A stretch of DNA of 63,939 nt, the filler included, from Chiloscyllium plagiosum (taxonomy: Eukaryota): assembly GCF_004010195.1 (NCBI RefSeq). It is 4 parts of one record of this genome, joined end to end, with 100 filler letters (N's around TTAATTAATTAA, not from the genome) between each part and the next. Parts side by side here need not be neighbours in the genome. Positions count along the whole stretch, not along the records: positions 1 to 30,662 come from NC_057710.1; 3 more parts are not named here. One strand, written 5' to 3'. The notes beneath the pieces were generated by a model that made no database searches, had not been told where the DNA came from, and saw nothing but the letters and a program-made list of their open reading frames with translations. The first letter of the stretch is position 1; each line of letters starts with the position of its first letter. Shown here piece by piece: positions 1 to 12,629 of the stretch. The position numbers were made by a program, and so were the translations under genes.

Positions 1-474
1 AAGATTTACAAGGATGTTGCCAGGGTTGGAGGATCTGAGCTACAGGGAGAGGCTGAATAGACTGGAGCTATTTTCCCTGGAGCGTCGGTGGCTGAGGGGT
101 GACCTTATAGAGGTTTACAAAATTATGAGGGGCATGGATAGGATAAATAGACAAAGTCATTTCCCTAGGGTTGGGGAGTCCAGAACTAGAGGGTATAGGT
201 TTAGGGTGAGAGGGGAAACGTATAAAAGAGACCTAAGGGTCAACTTTTTCACGCAAGGGGTAGTACGTGTATGGAATGAACTGCCAGAGGATGTGGTGGA
301 GGCTTGTACAATTGCAATAATTAAGAGGCATTTGGATAGGTATATGAATAGGAAGGGTTTGGAGGGATATTGGCTGGGTGCTGGCAGGTGGGACTCGATT
401 GGGTTGGGATATCTGGTCGGCATGGACGGGTTAGACCAAATGGTCTGTTTCCATGCTGTACATCTCTATGACTC
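1..474 (+). mobile_element. CR1 (HER1-type) LINE 3' end: ORF2 C-terminus and 3' UTR
   Basis: ORF 14-559 reads [31 protein letters not shown]...FFTQGVVRVWNELP, the CR1 ORF2 C-terminus; ends in a ctctatgactct tail. Confidence 0.95.
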
Positions 475-704
475 TTCCCCTCCAAGGGCTGGATCAATTG
501 AAATTTCCATAACTAAAATTATGCTTTCTATAAGTGCAGGCTGCAGTCGGGCCAACTGACCGTGGACTGTCAGATGTCAAGGCGGGCTATTTAAAAGTAA
601 AGCCATCTATCTGTGAGAACCTTTATGTACACCCAGCCTCTGTCTGTCACCACACTCTACTCTCAGCATGGCTGCGGAAGAGGCCAATACATATCTCCTT
701 ATAG

Positions 705-1372
705 ATTAGATACCCTGCAGTGTGGAAACAGGCCCTTCAGCCCAACAAGTCAACCCTGTCCCTCAGAGTAATCCACCCAGACTCATTTCTTTACATTTAC
801 CCTTTACTATTCACCTAATACTATGGGCAATTTAGCATGGTCCATTCACCTGATCTGAATTGGCCATGCTAAATTGCCCATAGTATTAAGTGCATCATTC
901 AGAGGGAAATGGGTGCAGGTGGGTTAGTCTTTAAAGAGTCAGTGTGGACTTGTTGGGCTGAAGGGCCTGTTTCCACACTTGAATCAATCTTCCCTTACAA
1001 TTCTCATGCTAAATGTGAGCTAGTGTAAGGTAGCTATTATGCAGTGGTAGTAGTCCTGTCTCAGAATCAGAAGCCTGTCAGCAAGGCCTAGTTCAAGACA
1101 CAAGTTGTCCATGCAGCTTGAGTAAACATCAAACCAAGATACTGTTTGCCCTTGCAGGTGAATATAAAACATCCCATCATACTATTTTTAAGGAGGGGAC
1201 TTAATCTTATTGTCGTGACCTGCATATCTTTTGGAGAGTGCGAGGAAACCAGAGCACCCAGACATGTGGAGAATGTGCCAACTCTACACAGACAGTCGCC
1301 CGAAGCAGGGATTGAACCCGGGTCCCTGGCGCTGTGAGGCAGCTGTCCTAACCACTGAGCCAGTGTGCCACC
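705..1372 (-). mobile_element. HE1-type tRNA-derived V-SINE, interrupted at 856-1214 by an inverted duplicated segment
   Basis: Minus-strand 5' head (tggctcagtggttag A-box, ggttcaatccc B-box) at about 1310-1372; CR1-like 3' tail at 705-855. Confidence 0.85.
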
Positions 1373-1379
1373 CCAAATC

Positions 1380-1770
1380 CTTCTGGAATGTGCTTTTATA
1401 AAGACAGTCTGGACAGAGAGGTGCAGTGATCTTTGTTGGGGTTTGTTCCGAAAAGCTCATAGACTTTGCGCTCCATGGTCTGCTCCTGGGATGCAAACAA
1501 ATATCGACTGTGCCTGGAGGACCATCAAGTAAGTGAAAGATGCTCTTTGGTCTGCCTGAAACTTGCTGGTCTTCCAGTGTAAAGAGTTGGCCTTGAATGG
1601 CAAATTCCAGAGTCCAGGACTATGTGCTGAGGGATGCTTAAAGCCTGGGCAGCTGCCATCAAGGTGCAATGAGGAAAGACAACTATCTTATGTCTTTCTG
1701 CCAAAGTATAATGGGTCCATTCAGTTATCACACCCTCTCATTGCCTCAGATCTATATAAATAGTTTCCTG
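1380..1770 (+). mobile_element. Degenerate Tx1-clade LINE ORF2 C-terminal fragment
   Basis: Frameshifted translation gives NIDCAWRTI..VKDALWSA.NLLVFQCKEL..RVQDYVLRDA, resembling Tx1/L1 C-termini. Confidence 0.6.
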
Positions 1771-1779
1771 CATAAGTAA

Positions 1780-2065
1780 GATAGCACTTTCCAAACGCAC
1801 AACCACTTCCGTCTGGATGGAAAAGAGCAGCAAGTAAATGGAAACACCACCCGCTTCTCCAAGTCATTCACCGTGCTGAAATATATCATGTTCCTTCATT
1901 GTCTCTGGAATTCATTGCCTAATGGCGTTGTGGGTCTACTTACAAATATATGTACTGCAGTGGTTCAAGAAGGCAGCTCAACACCACCTCTCAAGGACAA
2001 TTAAGCTTGGGAAATACATGCTGAGACAGCCAGCAATGCCCACGTCCCACAAGTGAATAAAAAAA
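1780..2065 (+). mobile_element. 3' end of an old CR1/L2-group LINE (same family as 20180-23640)
   Basis: Shares the tail ctgcagtggttcaagaaggcagctca...ctcaaggacaattaag...gaataaaaaaa with 23330-23640 and 13045-13155. Confidence 0.6.
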
Positions 2066-2451
2066 TTTTCCAGTACGTTTTGGGTCAGACCTTCAGCCAA
2101 ACGCAGTCAATGACTTCAACTGGTTAAAATCAGTCCTCTACCCAGGTAATGTTCTCACAAGTTTCTGAAGAATGACACTTGTATTTTTGCACATTCAGTG
2201 ACTGAGGCAGTTTTCTGCTTGCATATTATATCAACATTAATTAGAAGGATTTACTGATTTGAATATCTCACTGCACTTCATTTAAATATGGTACACGATC
2301 TAAGTGTATCGATACATCTATATATATTGTTTAAAGGTATCAGAGTGTATAAATCTGATGGAATATTTAAGTGTGCTTTAAAATGTATTTTAAAACATGT
2401 CAGATTTAAATTTGTTGTGTAATTGTCATTATTGCATGCAATTTATTTAAT

Positions 2452-2950
2452 AAAGAAAGACTTGCATTTAATTTTCTTGAACATTATACATCCAAAAGTG
2501 ATTGATAGTCAACAAAATATTTTCAAATTTCACTGTTACTATATTTACAAGGATGTTGCCAGGGTTGGAGGATTTGAGTGTTTGGAGTGGTATGGTTTGG
2601 ATGCTGGCAAATGGGACTAGATTGGGTTGAGATATCTGGTCAGCATGGACTGGTTGGAGTGAAGGGTCTGTTTCCGTGCTGTACATCTCTATGACAGCAA
2701 CCTCTCTCAAGCAGCAATGTGATAAAGATCAGATAATGTGCTTCTGTGATGTGAATCAACATTGGCCAGACAATGAAAGTAAGTCCCCTCCTTAAAAATA
2801 GTATGATGGGATGTTTTTTTATACCCACCTGCAAGGGCAGATAGTATCTTGATTTGATGTTTGCTCAAGCTGCATAGACAACTTGTGTTATGAACTAGGC
2901 CTTGCTGACAGGCTTCTGATTCTGAGACAGGACTGCTACCACTACATAAT
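2452..2950 (-). mobile_element. Old DeuSINE (SacSINE1-like) relic, interrupted by a short CR1 3' fragment at about 2543-2695
   Basis: Minus strand has the Deu-domain-like gcccttgcaggtgggtat..aaacatcccatcatactatttt and an aaatgcaagtctttcttt tail; recognised from memory of the family. Confidence 0.55.
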
Positions 2951-3002
2951 AGCTAACTTACAATTCTCTTGCTAACTGTGAGCAAATGTAAGGGAAGATC
3001 AA

Positions 3003-3470
3003 TTCCAGTGTGGAAACATGCCCTTTGGCCCAACAAGTCCACACCGACTCTCTGAAGGCTAACCCACCTGCACCCATTTCCCTCTGAATGATGCACTTAA
3101 TACTATGGGCAATTTAGCATGGCTAATTCACCTGACCTGCACATCTTTGGACTGTGGGAGGAAACCAGAGCACACAGAGGAAACCCATGCAGACAGTCAC
3201 CTCGGCTGGAATCGAACCCAGGTCTCTGGTGCTGTGAGGCAGCAGTGCTAACCACTGAGCCACCTGCACCCATTTCCCTCTGAATGATGCACTTAATACT
3301 ATGGGCAATTTAGCATGGCTAATTCACCTGATCTGCACATCTTTGGACTGTGGGAGGAAACCAGAGCACATAGAGGAAACCCACGCAGACAGTCACCTCG
3401 GCTGGAATCGAACCCAGGCATCTGGTGTTGTGAGGCAGCAGTGCTAACCACTGAGCCACCACGCCACCCA
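3003..3470 (-). mobile_element. HE1-type V-SINE with an internal tandem duplication of about 196 bp
   Basis: 3064-3259 is repeated at 3260-3460; A-box, B-box and V-domain-like core occur twice. Confidence 0.9.
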
Positions 3471-4064
3471 TGTGGGAGGATAGAAAAGAGGGGGTGTGGT
3501 ACTACTGATCTGAATTGGAACCAGAAACAGATAATGACATTCTGGGGTCAAAGACAGAATTTGCATGGTTAGAATGAAAGAATAAGCTGTTACGCTACTG
3601 GGTGTGTGCTAATGAACACCACATAACAGGAAGTTAAAAGGGAACAAATGGAGAATGTAAGAAGGAGAGTGTAGTGGTAACAATAGAGTTCTATTGTCCT
3701 CATGTAGGCTGGGATAGTTACAGGGTGAAGGGCAAATCTGGGAAGAATGCCGAAAATCTGTAGAGTCTGTCCCAGGCCAACAAGGAATGAAGCTGTGCTC
3801 GAGCTGGATCTGGAAATGAAAAAAGCCAAGTGGAGCATGTTCTATTCTTTCTTTTCAGATAATAATCTAATTGCTGTTTGGTAGCCCTGCATGAACCTGC
3901 CTTCAACACCCTGTCAAGCAGCAGGCTCCAGATCCTAAACACTCAGTGTGTGATATTGTTGGAGCAGACCTCAATAGTTAGCCTAGCGTGCACATTATAA
4001 ACGTTTGTCCACAGGGTGTTGGAAGTATGGGCTGATAATAGTACAATGAGACTGACAGTGCATC

Positions 4065-4403
4065 TTTTTCATTTATTTGTTCATGGGACGTGGACATGAC
4101 TAGCTATTTAGCATTTATTGCCCAACCCTAATTGCCCAGAGGGCAGTTAGGAGCCAACTACATTACTGTGGGTCTGGAGTCACATACTGGCCAGACTGGG
4201 TAAGGACATTAGTGAACCAGATGGGTTTTTCCTGACTATCAGCAATTCATGACCATCATTAGACTCTTAATTTCAGATTTATATTTTACTGGATTCAAAT
4301 TTCACCATCTGCCACAGCAGGATTCAACCTCGGTTCCCCAGAACATTACTAGGGTCTCTGGATTAACAATTCAGCAATCATACCACTTGGCTATTGCCTC
4401 CCC
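4065..4403 (-). mobile_element. Second tRNA-derived SINE family whose 3' tail matches the old CR1/L2-group LINE
   Basis: Minus-strand tRNA-like head gggaggcaatagccaagtggtatg..ggttgaatcc and tail ggcaattagggttgggcaataaatgc; related copies at about 15960-16340 and 48688-48985. Confidence 0.65.
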
Positions 4404-6259
4404 TAGAACATGAATCAACAATGGAATAAATATTATCTCCTTAATCAATGAGATGAAAGATTTGAGAAGAAAACTTTGGAAGGACTCAGATGGCAGGTAT
4501 GTTAAACAGGAGGAGTTCAATGTCCAATAGGGACAGAAAAATAAATAAAGAATGGAATGTAGATTGGATTAAGAGAGAGAAGAAAGCAAAAAGAGGAAAA
4601 AAGTAAAAACATTTTGCATTTGACACTTTGATTATCTTCAGCAACAGTTCAGAACCTAAAGGAATGAGCCTCCATACTTAAAACTGTTCACTTTTTCAAA
4701 ATTGATTTCATTCTCTTGTTAATTATTGATTAGGCTTTCTGCTTCATGTTGCACAAAGCCAGAAACGTGGAAGTTAAGAGTGACACCAAACGTTTCTGAA
4801 GTTAACTTCAGATTGGCACAAATTAATCACCAACTAATGACGATTTGCAATCCTTTAAGTAACTTAAAAGTTACAACTTCAATAACACTTGGATCATTGT
4901 GTACATTAATAAACTCCCTTACAATTCTTTGCGATTCGGTCCAGTCAGAGCTCGGTCATTAGCACTCTGAGTTAGAAGATGCTGGATTCATAGCCCCCTC
5001 CAGTGAATTGAGTTCAAGCTTTGAGGCTACGACTCCGATGCAGGACTGAGCAGATGCATTCCCTCACTGCTGTATTGGGAGGATCAGTTGGACATTGAGC
5101 TCAAGTCACTAAAACCCATGATCATCTGAGTTAAAGTTGAGAGCACTATATACTGAGCTACATCTGATACTAACATGATGACTGCGCTTTGTCTCAAATC
5201 TAATAGTATTTTTATGAGTGCGAAATGATTAACAATTGAAACAGGATTTAATAACCAGTTGTATTTAACTGGTATCTTTTGTAGTGGGAATGAGTTTACA
5301 GCTGCACTTGCTGTAAATGTTTGGTACTGTTGAATGGAAGCCAGTAAGCCTCAACTGACACTTAATAGCTTAATGGTTTTTCTCCGTGTTTGTGATAGAA
5401 ACACATGCACACACTGTGGACCTCCCACTGATTTCACCTGTTCCTTCAGCTTGTCAATGCTTGCAAATTGGCTGACTGCATTGGGGTTTCACTGTGAGAA
5501 TTGTGCAGCTTCTGTTACAACCTCTCGAACATATCGTTTGCAGGAGAAAGGAATGACTCTCCCCAGCCCCACCCACCAAGCCCCCCCCCCCCCCCCCCCC
5601 ATCAGAAGAGAGATGGATGCTAAATTAAAACATGCTAATAAAACATTCTCCACTTCTTTTGTTAACTCAGAAACATTATTCACCTTGGTATGACCATGGA
5701 CTGTAGGATTTGGCTCATCGTGTGTCGATGCTCATTCCTTGAAAGAGTCATCCAATTTCATCCTCTCCCCCTGCTTTGTACACAAGTGCTCTGCAAATTT
5801 ATCCTTTTGACATTTATGCTGGTCATTTTCATTTCCATTGCAAAGTCCCTTTGAATGCCTTTTTGAGATCTCGTATGTTATCATTCGAAGGGCTGCTCAT
5901 TTTCCTGTCACACAGCAAGGATACTTTGGTCCTGAAGGTTTGCAGTTTTTAGCCACCAGCATCCCCCTTGTGTTCCTGTTGGTCACCTGTGATAACTACA
6001 GCAGGACACTCATATACCCCATCAAATTTAAGAACCTTCATGTCTACCATTAGAGGGATCGTGCTGGTATTAATTGAGGTCATGTTCCATACACCAATGT
6101 AAAAACACCAAGTGATATTTTGATGTGTATCACACACCATTTGTATTTCACCTGGAAAGACATAAAGACTTGTATTTCTGTAGATTTCAATGTATCCCAA
6201 AGCTTTGAATGGTGCAGAGGTGCACCAACTCCCTTCACATTTTAACTGCCAGTCAATCT

Positions 6260-6950
6260 TCTGCCTTTACCCCATAATTCTATAATGTTTCAATATAACT
6301 ACTTATCTAAAGCACTCAACTGAACCTGCCGCCACCACAGTTCCAGGCAATGCATTGTACTGACTGTGTGAAAAAGATTTTTCTCATCTTACACTTGCTT
6401 CTTTTCCAAAACACTATGCTCTCTGGTCCTCAATCTGTTCATGAGTGGTAATGGTTTCTCCCTATCCAGATCTTTCATGACTTTGAAAGCTTCCATTAAA
6501 TCTCTGCTTCACCTTCTCCTGTCCAAGGATAAACGGTCCCAGCTTTTCTAATATATCCTCAGAACGGAAGGTTTCTTTTCCTGCAGCAATACTTATAAAT
6601 CTTTCCTGCGTTCCCTCTGATGCATTCACATCCTCCTCAAGTATGGTACCCAGAACTGCCCACAATATTCTAGCTGATATTTAATTTGTGACTATATATA
6701 CTTCCCTCTCCTTATACTCTATGCCTGCATTAATGAAACCTTCATTAACTGGTCTCAACTTGTCCTGCCACCTTTAATGACTGATACATATATAGACCCA
6801 TGTCAATTTGCTCCTGCATACCTGTCATAAGAGTACCCATTATTTTATTCTGTCTCTCCATGCTCCTTCTACTCAGTCTTCTCCATATTGAACTTCCTCT
6901 GCCACCTACCTGCCCGCACCGCCGAGCTATCAATGCCCTTTTGTAGTTTC
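6260..6950 (-). mobile_element. Old degenerate CR1 LINE fragment
   Basis: Remnants such as YQSLKVAGQVE and degenerate ALEGxQERF in ORFs 6462-6665 and 6745-6933. Confidence 0.75.
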
Positions 6951-7596
6951 ATGGTCAAATCACCACCTGCTATCATTTAAAAGTTATTTGTTACAAGTTT
7001 GAATCTGTGATCTTTTTCAGGTCCTTAGAACATTTTAATTTGCAGCATTTTGCTGGATTTAAATATTTCACAAAACTTACAATCCTATTTAAGATAATCT
7101 TTTGGGGGCTTTGCTTCAAAGGTTGAAAAGTCCAAGGGAGAATCGGGAAGTTGGTTGGTGTATATAGCCTATCAGGCAGTTACAGTGTCAAGTGCTGTTC
7201 CATTTTAGAAACCTGGCCTCATACAGACCAACTCTTTGGGCCTATAGACTTTGATGAAATGTTGGTGTGGCTGCCAGCAGTTCATACATGTAATATGGAG
7301 TAGGAGCAGCTGCACTGAATCTCAGCCAAGTTCTCCTCCAACTCCATTGTGTGCCTTCTCAACACTGATGGAGCACATCGTATATTTTTCCTTCCTGTAT
7401 GAAATATTTTTAACTGCCTGTGATAATATTAGACTTTGTCTACCAGTTTTCTGTCTACTTGCCCATCTTACACTTCAACCTGCCTTTTCTGAAGTTGTTG
7501 CCATCGCTTCAATATTTCTGATTTAGTTTGGATTCATCTATTCAGTTAAGCTTGGACCAGATATCAAAGTGCTTCTTACAGAAATATAAGTGGTAA

Positions 7597-8000
7597 TTTA
7601 GACCATGAGACCATAAGAAATAGGAACACTCTCTCGAGCCTGTTTCACCATTCAACAGGATCATGCCTGCTCCGAAATTCCTCATCTTCACTTTTTTGCC
7701 CTTTCCATTTAACCCTTGATTCTCCTTAAATACAGATAAACATATATAAGGAATTTCATACACTCACAACACTTTAACAGAGGAAATTCCTTCTCATCTC
7801 AGCCTTTAAATTGGTGCCCCTTCATTCTAAGATTATACTCTCTGGTTCTAGACTTCCCATGAGGGGAAATACCCTCTCAGTACTATCTTTTCTAGCCCTT
7901 TAAGAAAATCACGTGTTTCAATGGGATCACCTCTCATTTTTCCAAACTCCACTGAGTACAATCCAAATCTATTTAGTCTTGGTTCAAAAGACAATCCCTA
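7597..8000 (-). mobile_element. Old CR1 3' end
   Basis: agaccataagaaatagg-type tail and degenerate C-terminal coding sequence. Confidence 0.65.
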
Positions 8001-8629
8001 TCATTCAAATCCTATCTCTATAATTTCTCCTGTTTTGCTTCATCCATTAATTGATCAAATTGCCTTGTGTTTCTGTATCTAGTTTACTGAAGCAAGTTAG
8101 AAACAACTATAGTATCAGCAACAGTCCTGGAGGATCCATTCATTGTACCCCAACTCTCGTCCCCATTCTTCAGTAACTCATAAGTAATGCAATAAATGTT
8201 GGCAACCCCATTCAGTTAAGCAAACAAGGAACCTCTTACACTTGAACAATGGCTACACTGTGATCTGAGATTGGTCAACGTGTCGATTGGTAGAGAAATG
8301 GAGACCAAAGTCATGGAATCATGTTAGATCCAGTTGGTTGGGCATTGGATATGGTTGTAGGATATGAAAAGTTGTAAGTACATTCCCTGCCAATAATCCT
8401 TGCTGTATTAGTCTAAAGTTCTAGTACTATGCGCTGAAGAATGCTTACATGATTTCTTCAGCAGAAGAAAGGCTCAATCTTACTAAAGAATAAGTCTATT
8501 GCATCCTATGGAATTGTGTTATATGCAAAGTATGTTTAGTTCATGCAATGCTTTCAAGTTAATTTCCTGGAGCAGACTGTTCTGGAACCAATCAGAGAGT
8601 AAATTATGTTAGCCTTGGCATTATGTCAA

Positions 8630-8951
8630 GGTAGCATGGTGGCTCAGTAGTTAGCACTGCTGCCTCACAGCGCCAGGAACCCAGGTTCTATTCCAACCTC
8701 GGACAGACTATCTGCATGGAGTTTGCATGTTCTCCCCGTACCTATGTGGGTGTCCTCCTACAATCCAAAAATGTGCAGGACAGGTGAATTGGTCATGCTA
8801 AATTGCCTATAGTGCAGGGATGTGTAGATTATGTGCATTGGTCGGGATAAATATTGGAAATTAGGCAGGGGAACGGGTCTGGGAGTGTTACTCGTTGAAG
8901 GGTCAGTGTCGGCTGAAGGCCTGTTTCCACACTGTAGGGATTCTATTCTAT
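8630..8951 (+). mobile_element. HE1-type V-SINE, full length
   Basis: ggtggctcagtagttagcactgctgcctcacagcgccagg head, ggttctattcc B-box, V-domain core, gaaggcctgtttccacactgtagggattctat tail. Confidence 0.9.
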
Positions 8952-9394
8952 GTAATGAGACAGGATTAATTGCTATTCTCCGGATAAAGGCGCCACTTGG
9001 AATCAGCGACCACATTATGACTGAATTTTACATTTAACTGAAAAAGAAAAGTTGCTCTCTAACATTTCAAACTTATACAATGATGAAAGCTGAGCTACTG
9101 ATTGTAAATGAGACATTAGGTTTTGCAGTAGATCAACAGAAAAGCCATGGCAGTCATTAAGAGAATATTTCAGATTACGTATAATCCAATTATAAATAAA
9201 AGTTCAGAAGAGATCAGTAAAGTAAATGGTAGTCCTCTAGAAAGTGAGAGTTTTCAAAACTTGATTTTTGGGATTCAGGCGTCTCTGGCTGAGTCAGCAA
9301 TTATTGCCCATCCCTGGTTGCCCTGGAGAAATTAGCAGTGAGCTGCCATCTTGAATTCCTGCAGTCCAGAACGAGTCATAAAGTTGGACACACC

Positions 9395-10132
9395 TGTTGT
9401 GGGGAAAAACACCAGTCTCGGAGTCAGAATCGGGGTTTAATGGCGGAGTTTATTGCATAAGGAAATACCAGAGCTCCAGGGAGAGAAAGACACCAACAGC
9501 ACAGTGATCAGCTGCGAGTCTTCTCTCAACTGGACCACATGTCAAGAAACTTTTATATATGTTGTGATACAATAAGTCAGTGATGCGATTATTGTCTTTG
9601 GAACATGGTTTGTTTATCGCAATCATTGCAGAATTGTTGATAGTTTCAGTACAGTCTTTGTCAGTTCCAGTGGAGCCTTTGTTAATTTCCACATGGTCAT
9701 TGTCAGTTTCGGTGTAGACATTGTCAGTTTCAATGTCAGCACTGACGTCCATTGCTGTAGTATTGGGTACTAACCGCTCTTCCTGAGAAGGACGTTTACT
9801 GCAGCCCTGGCTATTAGCACTCTGTATTGATTCTATATCAAGCTATTAGCATTTCTATAAAAGGTGTTGGCTGGATCCAGACACTTTGGCGGGCAGTGTA
9901 CATTACTCATGTGTATCCTCTCCCCTACCTGCCTTAAACTAATCAACTAGGTTGTGAGTGCATTATGCTGGTGTTCGGGTGGCCCCAGGCAGTGTCTATT
10001 TCTACTCTGTTGTTTCTCTCCAAATTGTGATCTGGGGCCATCTTGTGTCAAGTTGGCCAACTGATGGTTCAGCTGCCATCTTGTGTGTCTGTGTGCCTAC
10101 TATCACCCTGCTCCATGTCAGCTCCCTCTTCA
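9395..10132 (-). mobile_element. Solo LTR (738 bp) of an ERV-like family, inserted in a CR1 3' tail
   Basis: TG...CA ends; flanks cacc (9391-9394) and gacc (10133-10136) form a near 4-bp TSD; minus-strand TATATAAAA (9551-9559) precedes AATAAA (9449-9454); CR1 tail is continuous across it. Confidence 0.75.
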
Positions 10133-12025
10133 GACCCTTCAGTCCAAATTGTCCATGTCAACCAGATATCCTAAATTAATCTAATCCCATTTGCCAGCTT
10201 TTGGCCCATATACCTCTAAACCCTTCCTACTCATGTACCCATCCAGATGACTTTTAAATGTTGTAATTGTACCAGCCTCCACCACTTTTTCTGGCAGCTC
10301 ATTTCATACATGCATCACCCTCTGTGTGAAAGAGTTGCCCCTTAAGTCCTTATAAATCTTTCCACTCTCACCTTAAATCTATGCTCTCTAGTTTTGGACT
10401 CCCTGGGGAAAAGATCTTGTCTAGTTACCCTATCCATGCCCTTCATATTTATTAAAAATCTCGATAAGGTCACCTCTCAGCCTCCAACGCTTCAGGGAAA
10501 ATAGTCCCAGCCTATTCAGCCTCTCCCCATAGCTCAAACCTTCAACCCTCGCAACATCTTTATAAATCTTTGCTGAACCCTTTCAAGTTTCACAACATCT
10601 TTCCTAAAGCAGGGAGACCAGAAATGAATGCAGTATTCTAAAATTAGCCTCAACAATGTCCTGTAGAGCCATAACATGACGTCCCAACTCCTATTCTCAA
10701 TGCACTGACCAACGAAGGCATGCATCCTAAATTCCTTCTTCACCACCACATCTACATACAATTCCACTTTCAAAGGACTATGAACCTGCACTCCAAGTCC
10801 CTTTGTTTGGCACCACTCCCCAGGACCTTAACTCTAAGTGTATAAGTCCTGCCCTGATTTGCCTTTCCAAAATGCATCACCTCATATTTATCTAAATTAA
10901 ACTCCATCTGCCACTTTTCGGTCCATTGGCCCATCTGATCAAGATTCCATTGTACTCTGAGGTAAACTTCTTCACTGTCCACTACACCTCCAATCTTTGT
11001 GTCATCTGCAAACTTGCTAACCATGCCTCCTCTATTCACATCCAAATCATTTATATAAATGACAAAAAGCAGTGGACCCAGCACTGATCCTTGCGGCACA
11101 GCGCTAGTCGCAGACCTTCAGTCCAAAAAAAAACCTCTAACACTACTCTCTGTCTCCTACCTTCAAGCCAATTTTGTAAACAATTGGGTGGCACTTGCTG
11201 TATTCCATGTGACCGTACCTAGTTAACAGTCTACCATGAGGAACCTTGTCGAACACGTTGCTGAAGTCCATATAGACAATGTCTACCACTCTGCCTTCAC
11301 ACTATTCTTTTTCACCTCTTCAAAAAACTCAATCAAGTTAGTCAGCCATGATTTCCCACGGACAAAGCCATGTCGATTATTCCTAATCAGTCCTTGCCTT
11401 CCCAAATGCATGTAAATCCTGTCCCTCAAAACCCCCCTCCAAGAACCTACCCATCACTGATGGCTGACTGTCCTGTAGTTCCCTGGCTTTTCCATACCAT
11501 TTTTCTTAAACAATGGTACCACATTAGCCACCCTCCAGCACTTCAAATATGGGTATTGAAGATACAAATATCTCAACAAGGGGCCCAGTAATCACTTCCC
11601 TAGCTTCCTACAAAGTCCTAGGATACACTTGATCATGTCTGAGGGATTTATTTACTTTTATGCATTTTAAGCCCTCCATCACCCCCTCTTCTGTAATATG
11701 GACACTTTTCACGATATCACTATTCATTTCCTCAAGTTCTCTAGCTTCCATACCCTTCTCCAGAGTAAATACTGACACAAAATATTTATTTAGTATCTCC
11801 CCCATCTCCTATGGTTCCCCACATGGTTAGCCTCGTTCGATGGTTAAGAGGCCATATTCTTTCCCTAGTTACTCTTTTGCCCTTCATGTATTTGTAGAAT
11901 CCTTTTGGATTCTCCTTAACCCTATTTCCCAAAACCATCTCATGTCCCAGTTTTGCCCTCTTGATTTCTCTCTTAAGTGTACTCCTCCTGCCTTGATACT
12001 CCTCTAGGGATTCACTCGATCTATG
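10133..12025 (-). mobile_element. 5'-truncated CR1 LINE (RT region and 3' UTR; tail end lies at 9372-9394)
   Basis: [30 protein letters not shown] in ORF 10770-11099, with several frameshifts. Confidence 0.95.
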
Positions 12026-12629
12026 CTGTGAGTTGATCCACAGCTCTTAGGAAGGGAATTCCAGGATTTTAACCCAGTCTTGGTGAAAGAACAGCAATAT
12101 ATTTCCAAGTCAGCATGGTGAGTTACTTGAAGGGTGTATCTGCTGCCTTTGTCCTGCAAAGCGGTCATGGACATGGGTCTGGTAAGGGACCTTGATGAAT
12201 TTCTGCACTGCATCCTGTAGATGGCAGTCTTTGGTGACAGCAGAACTTTGGGGTGGCGACATGTGCACTCACACAGCGATGCACATGTGCACAGTTCTAT
12301 GTCCTGTATGGTTGTTGCAGAAGCACGTAGAGACACTTTTCAATAACTCTCACTCACTGATGCATGCACAAGTGTGTCCCCAGAGCATCGCCATACTACA
12401 CATTCTCGTTGTTGCCAACAAACATAACCTTTGTAACATTGCTGCTACTGGCATCATTGGATGAGAGAATCAATGGCACCACATCCAAAAACAATCAAGC
12501 AGACTGCTTTGTCTTTGATGTGGGATGATGCTGTCATTTTAGCAAGTTTGACCTTGGGATTATTTTTAAGAGAGGTCATAAAGGCAGAGGTGCCGAGGGA
12601 TCTGGAAAGAGCCTAATTTAACAATGACC

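Noticed and set aside
5334..5693. 119-aa Cys-containing ORF as a host exon
   Set aside because: No recognisable domain, includes a poly-C tract, no convincing splice pair; cannot be excluded without RNA-seq
8630..8700. tRNA-like A/B boxes as tRNA genes
   Set aside because: Each continues into SINE body and tail, so they are SINE heads
9450..9752. 100-aa ORF with ETDN repeats
   Set aside because: Arises from the tandem repeats in the solo LTR
9395..10132. Solo LTR as the missing 3' LTR of the provirus
   Set aside because: Similar length and orientation but no evident sequence similarity, and it has its own TSD
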